Shown: positions 1 to 14,560 of the stretch, piece by piece
How positions within the stretch are numbered: position 1 is the first letter of the stretch
Layout of the letters: every line of letters begins with the position of its first letter
From: Chrysomallon squamiferum
Taxonomy: Eukaryota; Animalia; Mollusca
DNA length: 64,000 nt
Assembly: GCA_012295275.1 (NCBI GenBank)
Contig: CM022667.1
Span: forward strand, 9,052,001-9,116,000
Direction: 5' to 3'
Translations under genes and position numbers: made by a program
The notes under the pieces: model-generated
Told to the model about the DNA's origin: nothing
The model's input: the letters and a program-made list of their open reading frames with translations, nothing else
Database searches by the model: none

Positions 1-1917
1 TTCATTCATTCTGAAAATTCCTTTCACACGTCTTCAGTTGGCTATTGTTCTCTCATTGTTTTTGTTTTTTGGATATTTTAAAAATTTTAATCGTTTAACC
101 ATTTACAAAGTACAATGTTCGTTATTGTGAAATCTGAGAATGAGATGAAATTTGATATTACGAAAGTCTTTTGATGTGCCCCTTTGTTTAAATACTTAGA
201 TTTAATCTGCTAATGTACTATTGTAGATAGTATACAGCGAACAGTACTGAAATCTATTACGACATTTAAAAGACAAGTAACAACTAGGTTACGAAATACT
301 ATTTATTATATTAAGTTGTTTATTTAGTTCTAATAAACAACCTAATAATTATAAGATATTTTGTAACGTAATTGTTAATGAATACACATTGCATGTATAT
401 GTGTGTGTGTATGTGTGTGTCTGTGTATGTGCGTGTGTGTGTCTGTATTTTTGTTTCTCTCCTGGACATCCAATGCCACTGGGTTATACCCGATATAACA
501 CAATTGTTTCTCTACTTTTCTCATTTTTATAAAATGAGCTGTAATTTCTTGTTCCAACTTTCTCAACTAAGTAATGTATACATCTACGACTTATGCTATA
601 TACATGTACTGACTTTACAGTAAAGATGACTAGTGTAACTTGTTTTAACAACTATGTGCGTATGTGTGCAATATTAAAGGTCATGGTATGTGTTATCCTG
701 TTTAAGATAAAACTAGCGATTTCGTCAACTATATATAATAAATAAATAAATAATAACAACAGCAACAATGGCAGTAACAGTTATAATAATAGTATCAAGA
801 AAAAAACAATAACAACAGCAGTAACAAAAGCAAAACCTGTTGTGTTATTTTTTTTATGTGTATGTGTAATTATTTTTATTTGTTTTAAAATAAGTATACA
901 TTTCATTTTAAACAGATGATCAGAGGTGAACATTTGGTTGAATACTTCCAAGACATTGCTATTATTTATAGGAGCAAACTTTGTTAATAATAAAGTATCT
1001 ATATTTATTTGTACGAAATGACGTCAGGATAAAAATGAAAATGGCAGCCTCCATGACCTCATTAACTGTGTTTTCAGTTACATTATTTCATTTTCTTATA
1101 CTTTATTATAAAGATATAATTTATTTTTTTTTTTTTTTATTTTTATTTTTTTTTTTAAATGTACGAGTAAGATTTAGGTCACTGGTACAGATGCACTTGA
1201 AATTTAAGTTGGCTTGATATCAGTTTTGTTTACGTGTTTTTATTTACTCGCTATCTGAACTATTTACAACCAAGGCTTGATGCACTTAACAGTTGTTAAA
1301 TTACTGCATCTCGAAAAAGTGAGAAACAACGACGTAAACAGCATAACAAAACCCAAATAAATAAAAAGAAAGCAACAACAATGACAACGACGATAACAGT
1401 AGCAATAAAAATCACTATTTTCAACAGCAACAACAAACAAGAAAGAAATACCGAAATAAACAAAACACGACCTAATAACTAATTTAATAAACAAAGAAAA
1501 GGCTAATAAACAAACAACATACAAACAAACAAACAAACAAACAAACATACAAAGAAACAAACAAACAAATAAACAGACAACAACAACAAAAAGAAAGAAG
1601 AAAGAAACAAAGAACAACACTTCCACGTTTCTTGGGAGCAGTCCAAACCAAACGTTCGGCTGCTTTAAAAGTCGCCACAGATAAATGACTGAAACGAAAT
1701 AAAGCCGTCAGTGAGACACTGAGTGTCGGAACTGGCAGTGACGTGAGTAGACGTGATCACTGTATCAGTTAATGAGGCAGAGACAAAACGTCAGGTAGTT
1801 AAAAACCGGCGAAGAAGATTCTGACACTGGCCTGCAGACGTTCTCTGAAATCAGTAACTCGTGGGATCTGAAATATTTCGTTCGGATAGATTTCATGAAT
1901 AAAGAGTGATTGTGCCT

Positions 1918-2064
1918 TGACGTAATAATGCAAATGCATGACGTAATCATACACATTTATGACGTCTTTATTCAACATTCTTATGTAATTATGCAAATGT
2001 ATGAAGCAATTAGGCAAATATATGACGTAATTATGCAAAGTTGCAACGTAATTATGCAAACTTG
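1918..2064. repeat. 21-bp tandem minisatellite, 7 copies (consensus TGACGTAATTATGCAAATGTA)
   Basis: Direct reading of repeated tgacgtaat..atgcaaa units at 21-bp spacing. Confidence 0.85.
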
Positions 2065-3030
2065 TCATTTAACTAGCTTAGCTTTAAAGCTTCATGGTTT
2101 GCATAAGATTCTAATGGTCTATTTCCCGTTCCATCCAGCACCGTATGACGTAGGAATTTCTCTCTTTGTAAAAGTTAATAAATTACAAAAAAAAATCGAT
2201 CGATGCAGCTTGATAAGACCAGCCTATAGTGTGTTACACAGAGATGTTACCGTGAGCCAGAATCCTAGACAAATATATAAAATGTCGTGGTACGTGCTGT
2301 CCTGTTTATGAGAAAATTAATATAAAACATTTTCTTCTGCTTCTGCTGAATTGTTACCTGGAAAATTGAGGGTCAGAAAGATGAAATTTCTGACGTGATA
2401 AAATGAATCTGTGTTTTCCGGTAGTATCGTTAAACAAAACACACTCTAAACTTTAATTGAATCACTCCCTGCGTAAACCAAGAATGAAACAGAGATAAAC
2501 AAGTTTTTAATTTACGTTGCAGCTGATTTACAGTGTTTTGAAGTGTTTATCTTTTTCATGTTTATATGAAGTGTAATTATTTACGTTAAGTGGTAATGTT
2601 TTAGAAAATTTGAAAATGTTCAACATGTGTTTATGTAAATCTTCAGTTATCGTCTATATATATAAAAAAAAAAAGAAAAGAAACAGTAAAATGAAACAAT
2701 AAAAAAAAAAGAAGAAAAAAAAAAAAAGTGTGATAGATCTCCTTCTTTAACAGATATATCTCTCTCTAATAGTTAAACAGTAAAACAAGTATACACAAAC
2801 ACAGACATACATAGATACATACATACACATATAAAATAAAAAAAAATACACGAGAAAGAACTGACTAAAAGAGGAAAATACATTACGTACCAAAACTTTC
2901 AAACCGGATGAAATTCTTGCCTATGACGTTTTTCTCTTATGACGTCATTCGTTTGTCCTGTGATCTTTGGTTAGCACTAAGAGAGTAGGACTCAGTTGAC
3001 TGTTCGTAAGTTAGTAAGTAAGTAAGTAAG

Positions 3031-3062
<32 letters not shown>

Positions 3063-4035
3063 ACAACAACAGTAACAACAATAATAATAAAATTAAACTA
3101 ACAAGAACAAGAACAATAACAATAATAATAACAATAAATCATTATTGTTGTTATTACTCCTTCATTACAATGAGAAATAATACAAAAAAAAACACACACG
3201 CGCACACACCGCACACACCCGCACACACACACACACACGCACAAATAAAAACATTAAAAAAAACGCTCGGCTGCACGGAATGCTCGCTATTTGGCTGTCT
3301 GTGAGTGTAATTACTTCACGAAGGTGAACGAGTGTCTTCCTGCAGCTTTTTTTCTCCAGTTCTCGTGTTTTCTTTTCGCCCGTGTGGGCGAGTTTATGAC
3401 GAGTTAATATTCATGATGACGAGTTACTCATCTGCCAGACTTTGATCCGTATCCAATTTGCAAACCTGCGCTGCTAGAAATGCATGTCTTTCAATTTGTT
3501 TTTTCTTTTACACACACAGAAAACCAACAGATGTCTCAGTCTTTTATTTATTACACACTTAGAAGATGTACGTTTTCCTAAATTTGATTTTAAAAAAAAT
3601 ATATATTTTATTTTTTATTATTATTTTTTTTGTATGGTCTGACTAGCGACTGTACAAATATTACAATGTGTAGATACATACACACATTTATAAACATATA
3701 TAATACACATTATATAACATACATTCATGCATACACACACACACACACACAAACACATATATATATATATACACTTCTACTTATTGGTATGTAAAATGTA
3801 TAAAAATGTATTATGTGTTTATTTATATATTTAATGTGTAGGTATATACGGTCACACATTCATATACAGGTACATAACATACATTCATACATGTACACGC
3901 ACACTCCTACTTATGCACTCCCACTTATATGCATTGTGTATGTGTGTGGGTGTACATACTGGTATACCTTATATGTTTTTATACGTGAGTCTGATGCTAT
4001 GATGTCTGTATTTGTATATGCGTTTGTTTTTATGT

Positions 4036-4082
<47 letters not shown>

Positions 4083-4962
4083 AAAAGAAAAGTAAAAGAA
4101 ATTAAAAGAATGTGTTGGCGCATATTTGAATACTTTAAGGTCCATGAAAAAAACCCAACATAACATATGAAAAGAAAGGAAAAATGTCAATCAATAAATA
4201 TTTTTTTTTTTTTTTTATTATTTAAATATGTACCAAAGAAAGCTAGATATTATATAAAAAAAAAAAAATGTAATAATTCTTTGCACTAACAAATTCACTG
4301 TACTGACTCTTACATTATTTACGTCACCCGGGGTTTGACGGACAATTTTCGTGAATCATCGTGTGTTACGATGACCCGAATCGCTGCGGGGGAATTTAAA
4401 ACTACAAGTGATCTGACAATGAACAGCAATTTAAACAGTTTTCCGGTCGCAGAGAAATAACCCACATTTTTTTATTTTACTTAGACTGTTTTATTACTCG
4501 ACTTGAGACTTTGCGATACGTCTTGTTTGCCATGTCATATTTATTTTTTAATTTGTCATTACACTTGTAATATCGTTGGCAGGCGTCAGTACATGTCCCC
4601 CCCTTGGTGATACTGGGGTGTGTGGGGGGTGTTATATTACTTTACGTTTAACTGACAGTCGTTGCTAGCATGTTGGGGATTTTGCTTTCACAGGAAAATG
4701 AATATTGAAAAATCAGTTGCTTGTAGCTATGATTAAAATCGTTATTTTGCATTAACTGTATTTTTTTTTAACATAATCGTATCTGTAGAATTCAGTCATT
4801 CATTCGTTATTATAAATAAGATATAATAATAATAATAATGATTATTATGATAATGACGATGGTGATGACAAAATGATGATGATGACAATAATATAACGTT
4901 CATTTTCAGAAAAGTTTAAGGCAGTAAAAATAATTATAAATATATAAATAATAATAATAATT

Positions 4963-5001
<39 letters not shown>

Positions 5002-5047
5002 TTATAATAATAATAATAATAACAATAATAATAACAACAAGAACAGG

Positions 5048-5083
<36 letters not shown>

Positions 5084-5345
5084 AACAACAGTAGTAATAA
5101 TGAAATAATAATAAAAAAAGAGAAAAATCTTACAATATTAAACAGACATAACAACTTAATGATTTACCTGAGCATTCAACGTGTGACCTATGTTACCTGT
5201 AAACTGATTACTTTAAAATCACGTCACGAACTCACAGGTATGTCTTACCTGGAGTTTATTTACCTCAGGTAAATGAAATAACTTCAAGTTTAACCTTTGA
5301 TTTATTTTGGTTGTCCTCTGACTAATGCCATTTCGGAAAGTGAAG

Positions 5346-5476
<131 letters not shown>

Positions 5477-5835
5477 TGCAATGATATTTGTCTGAAAATC
5501 TTTCATTTGAATATTTTATTTTTGATTGTTCCAAGATCAAAACGTAAGACGAACGTGTTTATTATTATTATTTTTTTAATAATAATAAAGAAATAAGTAA
5601 GTAAATAAATAAATACTTCGCCCGAAGAACAATGACTTTTAATAACAAAACAATTCAAAAAGATAAATAATGCGAAAAATATAAACCAAACTATGGGCAA
5701 ACAGTTCTGCCATTTCGCTCGATAGACGTGAATAGGATAAAGAAATTTAGAAATCTACTGAACCTAAATAATCTCTCTCTATGCGGAATTTGATATAAAG
5801 TAAAGCAGAATCGCTAATTTGGCTTGCGCGCAAGT

Positions 5836-6056
5836 AGGGGCGGATCCCGGGACAGGAACAAGCAACTCCTCCCTCTTTCAATACGTTCTACCTTGTGTGT
5901 ATGTAAGTAAACAGCCATTTTTTTTTGCCTTCTTCTTTCTCTTTCTTTCTTTCTTTCTTTCTTTGGCTATCTCACCGTTATTTGCATTTAAAAATTTTCA
6001 ATTATAAACAACACAGTGCTGTTCACACCCGTTTCTGAAATCCCGGCTCCGCCCCT
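5836..6056. mobile_element. Short MITE-like element with GC-rich ~16-bp terminal inverted repeats
   Basis: AGGGGCGGATCCCGGGA (5836-5852) pairs with TCCCGGCTCCGCCCCT (6041-6056); non-coding interior. Confidence 0.6.
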
Positions 6057-6216
6057 GAGGAAACGATTCGTTAAAGTGAAGATATACGTCACTTGACACG
6101 TGACAGGTTTATTTGTGGAATTCAAGAATTTTAAAAAATTTAACTTTGAAACATGCAGCTTGATTTCGTTAACGATAATTTGCAAACATTGGAGAACACA
6201 CACATGGAGCCAAAGA

Positions 6217-6255
<39 letters not shown>

Positions 6256-7198
6256 ATGGTGCATGCATGTATGAATGTATGTAAGTATGTATGTATGTAT
6301 GTACGTGAGTATGTCTATGTGTCTGTGTGTGTATGTGTCTAAATTTATATGCATAATGTTATGTAGCTATGGATATGCATGTCATTTAAACAAGAACAAT
6401 TTTTATTGTATATAACTCAAACCGTAAATCAAAATCTATCCGTAAGCAATTAATATATTTATTGAAATGGTCTTGAATGAAATTCACAAATCAAACAATT
6501 TAAAAAAATAAAATTTATTGTGGATATTTAGAAAAATATCATTCTATCTTGTATAAGAATAATACGATATTTTTTTTACTTTGTACCGCTTTCTGAATAG
6601 GCTGAATTTCTTTTTTTTTAAACTTCTGAAATTCCTCCAGCAAGTTCATAATAATATCTGCTATCAACATCTTATCTCCAAATGTTCTAGTACAAATCGA
6701 GCTTAAAAACCATTAACAAAAAGTTGGCAGGTTTGAAACACATACGTTCAACTAAGTGGATTTTGGGGGGTTTTCAAAAATTAATCGAAAGGATATTCCC
6801 CTTCTGTTTTTTTTTTGTTTTCATTGTAAATTAATTTCATATGTTAAAAGATTAAGTTATCGACAGTTTGGCATAAAACTTGTAACTTATATAATTTAAT
6901 CGAAAACCGGAGCTTATAATACTGACTGTTATCTGAGAGAAACGTAGATCATCACAAATAGACATTCACTCGTCACATGAGAGAGACAGAGGAGAGAGAA
7001 AGACAGCGAAACAGACAGAGAAAGAGAGACACACATCTAGAGAAAGAGAGACACACATCTAGAGAAAGAGAGACACACATCTAGAGAAAGTGAAACAGAG
7101 AGAGAGAAAGAGAGAGAGAAAGAGAGAGATACAGACATAGTTTGATAGACGGAGAGAAACAGAAAAAGCAGTGTTGAAATTTGTCTGAAAGCGATGAG

Positions 7199-7202
<4 letters not shown>

Positions 7203-7290
<88 letters not shown>
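7203..7290. repeat. (TC)n(AC)n compound microsatellite
   Basis: Direct reading. Confidence 0.95.
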
Positions 7291-7293
<3 letters not shown>

Positions 7294-8024
7294 TGTATAC
7301 ATATATACCAAACATGTAGACAGTCTCACACACACTACAACCCCCCCAACACACACATATAGTAAGACATCAACATACACGACAAACTATATAAGAACAT
7401 TTATTAATAAAAAAGATATACCTCACCTCACCACACTGTGAACTGAATCACTCCAAATTCTGTTAAATTACTTAACGTATTTTTATGATACTTCATGGTT
7501 CAAGTGGTTTCAGTGTTTTCAGTTAACACATCTTCTGTTATTTTAAGTAGATAGCAACTAAATAGACTGATATCTCTATATTAGTCAGCTATATTCATCT
7601 TTTAATTGCATATAAATACCAACATAAAATTGTAAAAATTATGAATAAATAAATAAATAATGATAATAAATATGATGATTATGGTAATAATGATGATGAT
7701 AATAATAATAATAAAAATAAAATCGCTTTCTGCTGAAATTTAAATCTATCAGTTTTGGGATGGAAAGAAACCCGCACACGAGGAAACGACAAAGTCCTGT
7801 AAGTCACGTGATCATTAAGATAATTAAATCACGTGATGGTAAAGCCAAGAAAACATCTGTAGAATTCTGTTCTCCAAATTCCAGTACTTTTTTTTTCAAA
7901 AATGAAAAGAAGCAAAAATATTTGAAATGAACAAAGAAAGAACAATTTGAAAAATGACTGTGTATGTTGGCTATTGTGTAAAATGTGGTGCAGTGTTAGA
8001 AAAACAACGACTACGACACTTTCT

Positions 8025-8077
<53 letters not shown>

Positions 8078-8440
8078 TAAAATGAGACTGAAAAAGAAAG
8101 AATGAGAGAAATATTGAATGAAGGAGAGAGTGAAAGACAGTGTGAGAGAGATATTAATAAATCATTCATTTTGTTTTTACCATCATCGTTATTATCATTA
8201 TTATTTTCATTAATAATAATAATAATAATATTAATATTAATATTAATATTAATAGTAATAATAATAGTAATAATAATAGTAATAATAATAATAATAATAA
8301 CAATTCCAAATTTAGTTATTAAAATGAATTTCCTCCATAAACATTCTTTTTAATTATTATTCTAAAATGTTTGGTTTGTGGGTTTTTTTTTTTTTTTTTT
8401 TGATTTGGTTTTTAAAGAGATGAACAACATGAAACGAATA

Positions 8441-9120
8441 GTTTGCACCTAACAACCTTCCTTAATTAACATTTTAAAAATAAATTTACTGGAACGAAAT
8501 CAACTTAATAATGAAACACATTAAACAAGAAAAAAACTCGATACCACACACATACAACACAACTGACGTTATAAAACAAACACAGAGAAAACATAAAACA
8601 TCATTATATTTTAATAAAAGCTGGAAAAAATGTTTGTTTTGACAGGTGCAAACAAAACAACTATTACCACACGCTCAGAATTATAAATGACGATTAATTT
8701 GCACGCGCATCAACTTATTTTTGATATGTACATGTTGATGTTTGTTGTGCTTCGGAATCTAAAATATTGTGCTACAAAAGGGTTCCTCTGCTTATTACAC
8801 TAAAGTTTCTCTGTAACTGGAAAAGAAAATGTAAAGTGCCAACAGTATTGCTACATAAAAAAAATAATAATAATAATAAAAAAAAAAAAAAAAAAAAATT
8901 AAACTTAATAATAATAATAAAATAAAAGATTTCTTGTATGCAGTTCATGTCAAAACAAACATTTCTTCCAGTTCTTATTAAAATATAATGATGTTTTATG
9001 TTTTCTCTGTGTTTGGCATCGTGTTTTTTTCTTGTTTAATGTGCTTCATTATTAAGTTGACTTCGTTCCAGTAAATTTGTTTTTAAAATGTTAATTAAGA
9101 AAGGTTCTTAGTTGCAAAAC
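8441..9120. mobile_element. Long inverted repeat (foldback/MITE-like), ~170-200-bp arms, ~300-bp spacer
   Basis: 8441-8645 is the reverse complement of 8948-9120 at high identity, apart from one ~30-bp insertion in the left arm. Confidence 0.75.
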
Positions 9121-9473
9121 TTTCGTATATATATGTATATATATAAACCCACACACATATATATACACGCACTTATACACACACATACACACACACACAC
9201 ATATATACATACATACACATACGTTCCTCTTTCTCTCAGATTATTACTTATGGCGCTCATCAATACATCTGCACGTGTTTTTCACCTTTTGACTTGAGAC
9301 AAAATGTCAAGGAGTATGGAGGTTCCGAACATGTAAACCTTTGTATACAAAACACACACGTTATTTCTGTTATGTTGTGTAACAAAACACATAACACTAA
9401 CAGACTGGGCCGAATCGAGAATTCGTTCTGGAGAGTGAGTGATTGAAATTCTGTAAAGTTTATTATTATTATT

Positions 9474-9523
9474 ATTACATAAAATAAAATATAGTATGTT
9501 CTTGTATACAGCTCATAAAATAA

Positions 9524-9611
<88 letters not shown>

Positions 9612-9714
9612 GTCTGTCTGTTCATATATATCTATCTATACAAGAATAGGAGAGAGAGAGAGAATTATTTTATAAGCTGTATACAAGAACATATTATATT
9701 TTATTTTATGTAAT
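9474..9714. repeat. Inverted repeat (~65-bp arms) enclosing a (CT)n tract
   Basis: attacataaaataaaatatagtatgttcttgtatacagctcataaaataattatctctc pairs with gagagaattattttataagctgtatacaagaacatattatattttattttatgtaat. Confidence 0.85.
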
Positions 9715-11941
9715 ACTACTACTGCTACTACTACTACTACTACTACTACTACTAATAATAATGATAATAATAATAAAATAAACAAATACAATAGCCGCCT
9801 TGTTTTATAACAAAATCTTCGCATCAAAACTTCAAATTTATCTTTCAAAATCATAATGGTTGTTCGCTAAAGTTACTCCCTAATGCTGTTGGACACTGAA
9901 TTTAACATAACACTTTCCACCACCACCCATTTGAATAAACAACTTATATTGACAAACAACTAGAAATGCTTTTAACCTTGTTTTTTTTTAAATAGAAATT
10001 TATAAGTGGGCTGTTTGAAGTTAAGATGGCCCACTAGGAAATTAACATGCTCACGTGACAGTTGAATGAAGATGTCAACTGCAGTCGAAATGGACACGAC
10101 CTCTCTGTTGACCGAAAGCATTTAACTGAAGCTGTACTTGTCAGTTTCATTGTCTTGGTTGTTTTTGTGTAAACAGATAAATGTAAATGGACGTCCACTT
10201 GACGATTCTCATAAAATCGAATAAAAATAAATTTGTGTTGGCGGTAAAGACAGCTTTGTGACAGAGAGCGGGCTTGAGGTGTGTGATGTTGCAAGATCCA
10301 ATCTCCGCAGTTCTCCTTTCTAGCTTTATTTTTTTTTCAGTACAAGTTTATCAAACACCCATAGGGCTTTTTTTACCTGTATGTGAGAAGGTGCATATAA
10401 AAGATATATTTCTGCTAATTTCTGCTAAGAGTTGTTGAAGGAGATTTTTTTTTTTTTAATCATAATCAGATTTGAGATGTTGTTATTGATGCGGTGTTTG
10501 TTATGTTCATATATTCTACCAGTCCAGTGTGTAAATTGGGTCTAGGAACTATGCGCATTTATCAGTTTTCTATTGTGAATTCCGAAAACGAAGTAACTAA
10601 AAATAAAACAGACTGTTTGGATTACAGACACTTTATCATACACGTGATATTCTGAAACCATGACATCTGATGAACAGGCTTCATTTTCCTTACCAGAAAG
10701 CATCTTTAATAAAACGATTCACTTTTCGACAAAAACATGCCACATACTTTTGTATACCAGTTAAGAAGACATTAGGTTTAGACATCTTTAAGCATTTATT
10801 AACTGACAAATATCATTTTCTTAATTAATTACATTTTAAACGTTTTGTAACGAATATCATCCCTTGACAAAAAACATTTGGTTTAGAGCCTGACAGCCAT
10901 AATCTCAGAATTATCACGTAATCATTGCTTAACAAGTTATTAACATTACCACGACAACTGGAATCAGTCAGAATGGTTTATAGTGTCAGGACTGAACAGC
11001 TTAACCCAGATTCCATAATCATTGATCAGAAAGTCGATAGGGGGCGCCACCGATCAACACCTCCTCGTGCACCGTTAAGTACCTCAAACGAAGACTTTCT
11101 ACTGACATATTTGTCAAATCTCTGTAACGTTTAGAAGGATAGAGTTTCATGTTGTTACGTCATTATAATAATTACACCAGAGTCGTGTGAGTGGAGTTAG
11201 TCTGAAGATGAAGGAAATGTTAGCTCGTGTCTTTGATTACCTTTGTTTGTGTAAAACAAAACTCAGTTACCCCATGACCAGATGGAAAGCTCTTTCAGGT
11301 AGTCATAGAGGACTTTTTTCAGTCGTAGAACATAATTAGTCTACGTCACCACTGACCTTGCTACCTTCAGACAAGCAGACAGGTAGCTTGAGTAGAGAGT
11401 AAATCTGGGTTATCACTTGATACAAGCAGGTATCTAGTTTGACTTGTTTTGCTTTTTGTTACCTTGTCATCAGGACCGTGTGTGTTTTGGACCGATTCTG
11501 GTGTTTGTGGTCTATACGTCATGGTTGAAATATTTTGTTACCGAGCCACGGAATTTGACTCTTCGATGTGGAATTTCTTACGAGGACTGTGTTAGAAAAT
11601 GTTAGCTGGTTATACTGTAAGAACAAACCCAGAACGTGTGTATAGACCCTTAGGTTTCAATGATTCCGAGTGGCTCAGTCTGACTTGTCAGTGGTTGAAA
11701 GTCGCAGGTGATTACGTTTATATCAAGATCATAAAGAGATAGAAATTGAATAAATTAAGAATTGCCGTTATGTGTTTGCGTTAGGTGTATGTGAGTATGT
11801 GTGTGTATGTGTGTATGTATGTGTGTGTGCTTATCTACATACATATATATATATATATGTGTGTGTGTGTATGTTTGCAAGAATGTATGGTTGTATGTGT
11901 ATATGTGTATGCATATATGTAGATGTATAAGTATATGTATG

Positions 11942-11985
<44 letters not shown>

Positions 11986-13495
11986 TGCATGTGTATATTT
12001 TGTATATGTATGTGTGGGAAAATTACGAAATTTATCATAAAAAAAATAATAAAACCTGCAAAAGACAAATATTTGATTTTTCTTCACTTTCACTTTCGCT
12101 ATTAATCTTCTTAACCTAAAGTTACATTATTTGGTATAATAGAAGACATTAAAATAAAATAAAACTTCACAACTGCACACCATCAGACCTTTTTTAAACG
12201 CAAATATCTCAAAAAAAAAAAAAAAAAAAAAATCTTTCTCAAAGAATTACTCGACAAATCGTTATAAAAATTCTACCTCCTCTGTACACAAACGGGACAC
12301 GGGTTTCGATGTCACCTGTGAAGACAGGCATTGTTACCTGCACGCTGCTTCTTTATTCTGAACACGAAGACAACTCAGAGAACTCTCTGCTCACACGAAG
12401 ACCACCAACACGATGAAACCTTCTCGCTGTCGGCTTTGTTCGAGTGATTATCGCTGTGAACTTTGACCTACGAGAAGACATGTTCTCTCTCTTTGTTGAA
12501 TTACCATACACCAGGCCTGGGACCATCCTTAAAGTGCAGTGCAGAATATAGATAGTTGAAAGTTTTTCGTATGAAAGATGTTCAGAGGTGGGGGTGAGGG
12601 TTTGTACAAAAAAGAAAGTTGTAAATTTTGGTACGAAATATACTCAGAGGGAAGAGGTTTTGCAAATAATTTTTATTTTTTTTTTTTTTTTTTTTTGAGG
12701 GGTTTGGCGTCCTTGAAGTTCAATGCATAATAGATAGTTGTAAATTTTCGGGGGAGAGGGTTTCCACACCCCTGTTGCGGGGACATTCTTAAAGTACAGA
12801 TGACCCGAACCGATGTATATGGGTGTTCGTGGTTTATTCGTACGAACAATGTACAGCAAGGGTGATGACGTTCGCTGGCTTTCGTGCCTTTCTTTGTAAA
12901 TCATTTTAAAATAAATTAAAAAAAAATAAAAGTAAGTGCTGACAAATTTCAATCAAAATGTGTTTGTTTTAAAACGTACGCTCCGTCAAACACAGGTGTG
13001 CTTGCAGGTTTTCCACAGATACATTTCCACAAGCGTGCGTGTACAGTACACTTTCACACATCTGTTTTCGCTAAACGTCCCAGTTTATATATTTTTTCTT
13101 TCTTTTTCTTTCTTCTGTTTACTTTCCTCTTTGGAAGATTGACTGCCTGCAAGTGGGAATGAGCACGGGAAATCCCGTATTTTGTCTACGGACGTCACTT
13201 TAAGCAAGGGATAAAAATGACAAAACCGAAATGAGAATGTTTTGTTAATGTAATTATTATAAAAAAAATGCAACGCGTGGATTCGTATAATATTGCTTTT
13301 AATCGAACAAATCTCATTGTCTCTCATATACATAATACACAAATAAACAACAAAAAAATCCCCAAACAAACCCAAAACACCAACAACAAACAAACCAAAT
13401 TTTTTAGAAAAACGCCAAAAAACAAAACAAACCAAAAACACAACATATACAATTACAAACACGTATATGTGTCTATATTATATATACATACATAC

Positions 13496-13496
<1 letters not shown>

Positions 13497-13583
<87 letters not shown>
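13497..13583. repeat. (GA)n microsatellite
   Basis: Direct reading. Confidence 0.95.
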
Positions 13584-13584
<1 letters not shown>

Positions 13585-14454
13585 TATATTTACTTTTCTT
13601 TATTTACAGAACCTACGTCTATCTCGAGTCAAATAGAGGAACGCGTATCCTGTTTGGCTGATTCGTTATTTTTTTTAAAATAGCGGAACACTCCTAATTA
13701 AGTTTAACTATAGTTTTGAAGCATCATTAACTATTTCAAACATTTGTTTTTGCTCATAATCTACACAAACGCTGCACGTGAGAAATTAGCCAAAGCTAAT
13801 TTTTTTTTTTGTTGCTTTCCAAAACTTAGAACGTCCATGTAAAATATTTGTTTTAACTGGATTTGCTTTTACAACCTTGGACAGCTGCAATTAACCTTTA
13901 TTCTGAGACTCTTTCGTTAAAAGGAATTTCTCTGATCTAATTATAGCACGGGGGAAGTTTGGGAACCATGCTAGTTTGTTACCGCATAACTGATGTCAGT
14001 ATATATGTAAGTTAATAAATATTAATAGAGAGTGATAAATATTAATTAAGAATAATGAATACTAATTGGCGAGACGTCCATTTCGTAAGGTTAACTTCTG
14101 CTATTAGGCACAGCAGATAATTACAGACGTGTAATATGTTATCTGATTTATTGACTTCTGACAATAATTGAACTGTTTGAATGATTTAAAATACATTTTC
14201 AACGTTTACCTCTGATAATAATAAACATGAATTAAGGTGACGTAATGTTAATATGTTCTATTTGCAGATAAATCGATATAATTTGCATATATTTCTTACA
14301 AACAGATACCAAATTTTTGGAAGTAATCACTCTGTAGGTTAAAATGTTTTTGAATCTTAGTTTTCAACTTTAATATGCAGCTATTCATTTCTTTTTAAAA
14401 TCTTTATTCTTTTTCTCACACTGGGCTTTGTGACTTTTGCAAACTATCTTTTAA

Positions 14455-14560
14455 CAAAGTATATGGTATGTTTTGTCTTCTCTCAATATGGGAAGGTGCA
14501 TAGGAACAATATCTTACTGCTAATCAGTAGGAGTAGCCTAAGGTGCGGCACTCGTTTCCT
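14455..14560 (+). mobile_element. Degenerate dispersed repeat fragment (SINE-like)
   Basis: Shares the motif GAAGGTGCATA..A..AT..CTT.CTGCTAAT with 10381-10420 (+), 18015-18050 (-) and, weakly, 29311-29350; SINE identity is inference. Confidence 0.4.

Noticed and set aside
11599-11707. ATG-initiated 36-codon segment ending at CAG|gtgatt as a possible first exon
   Set aside because: It ends in phase 1 while exon 1 needs phase 2, and it has no resemblance to an IP3R N-terminus. It could only join exon 2; unsupported.
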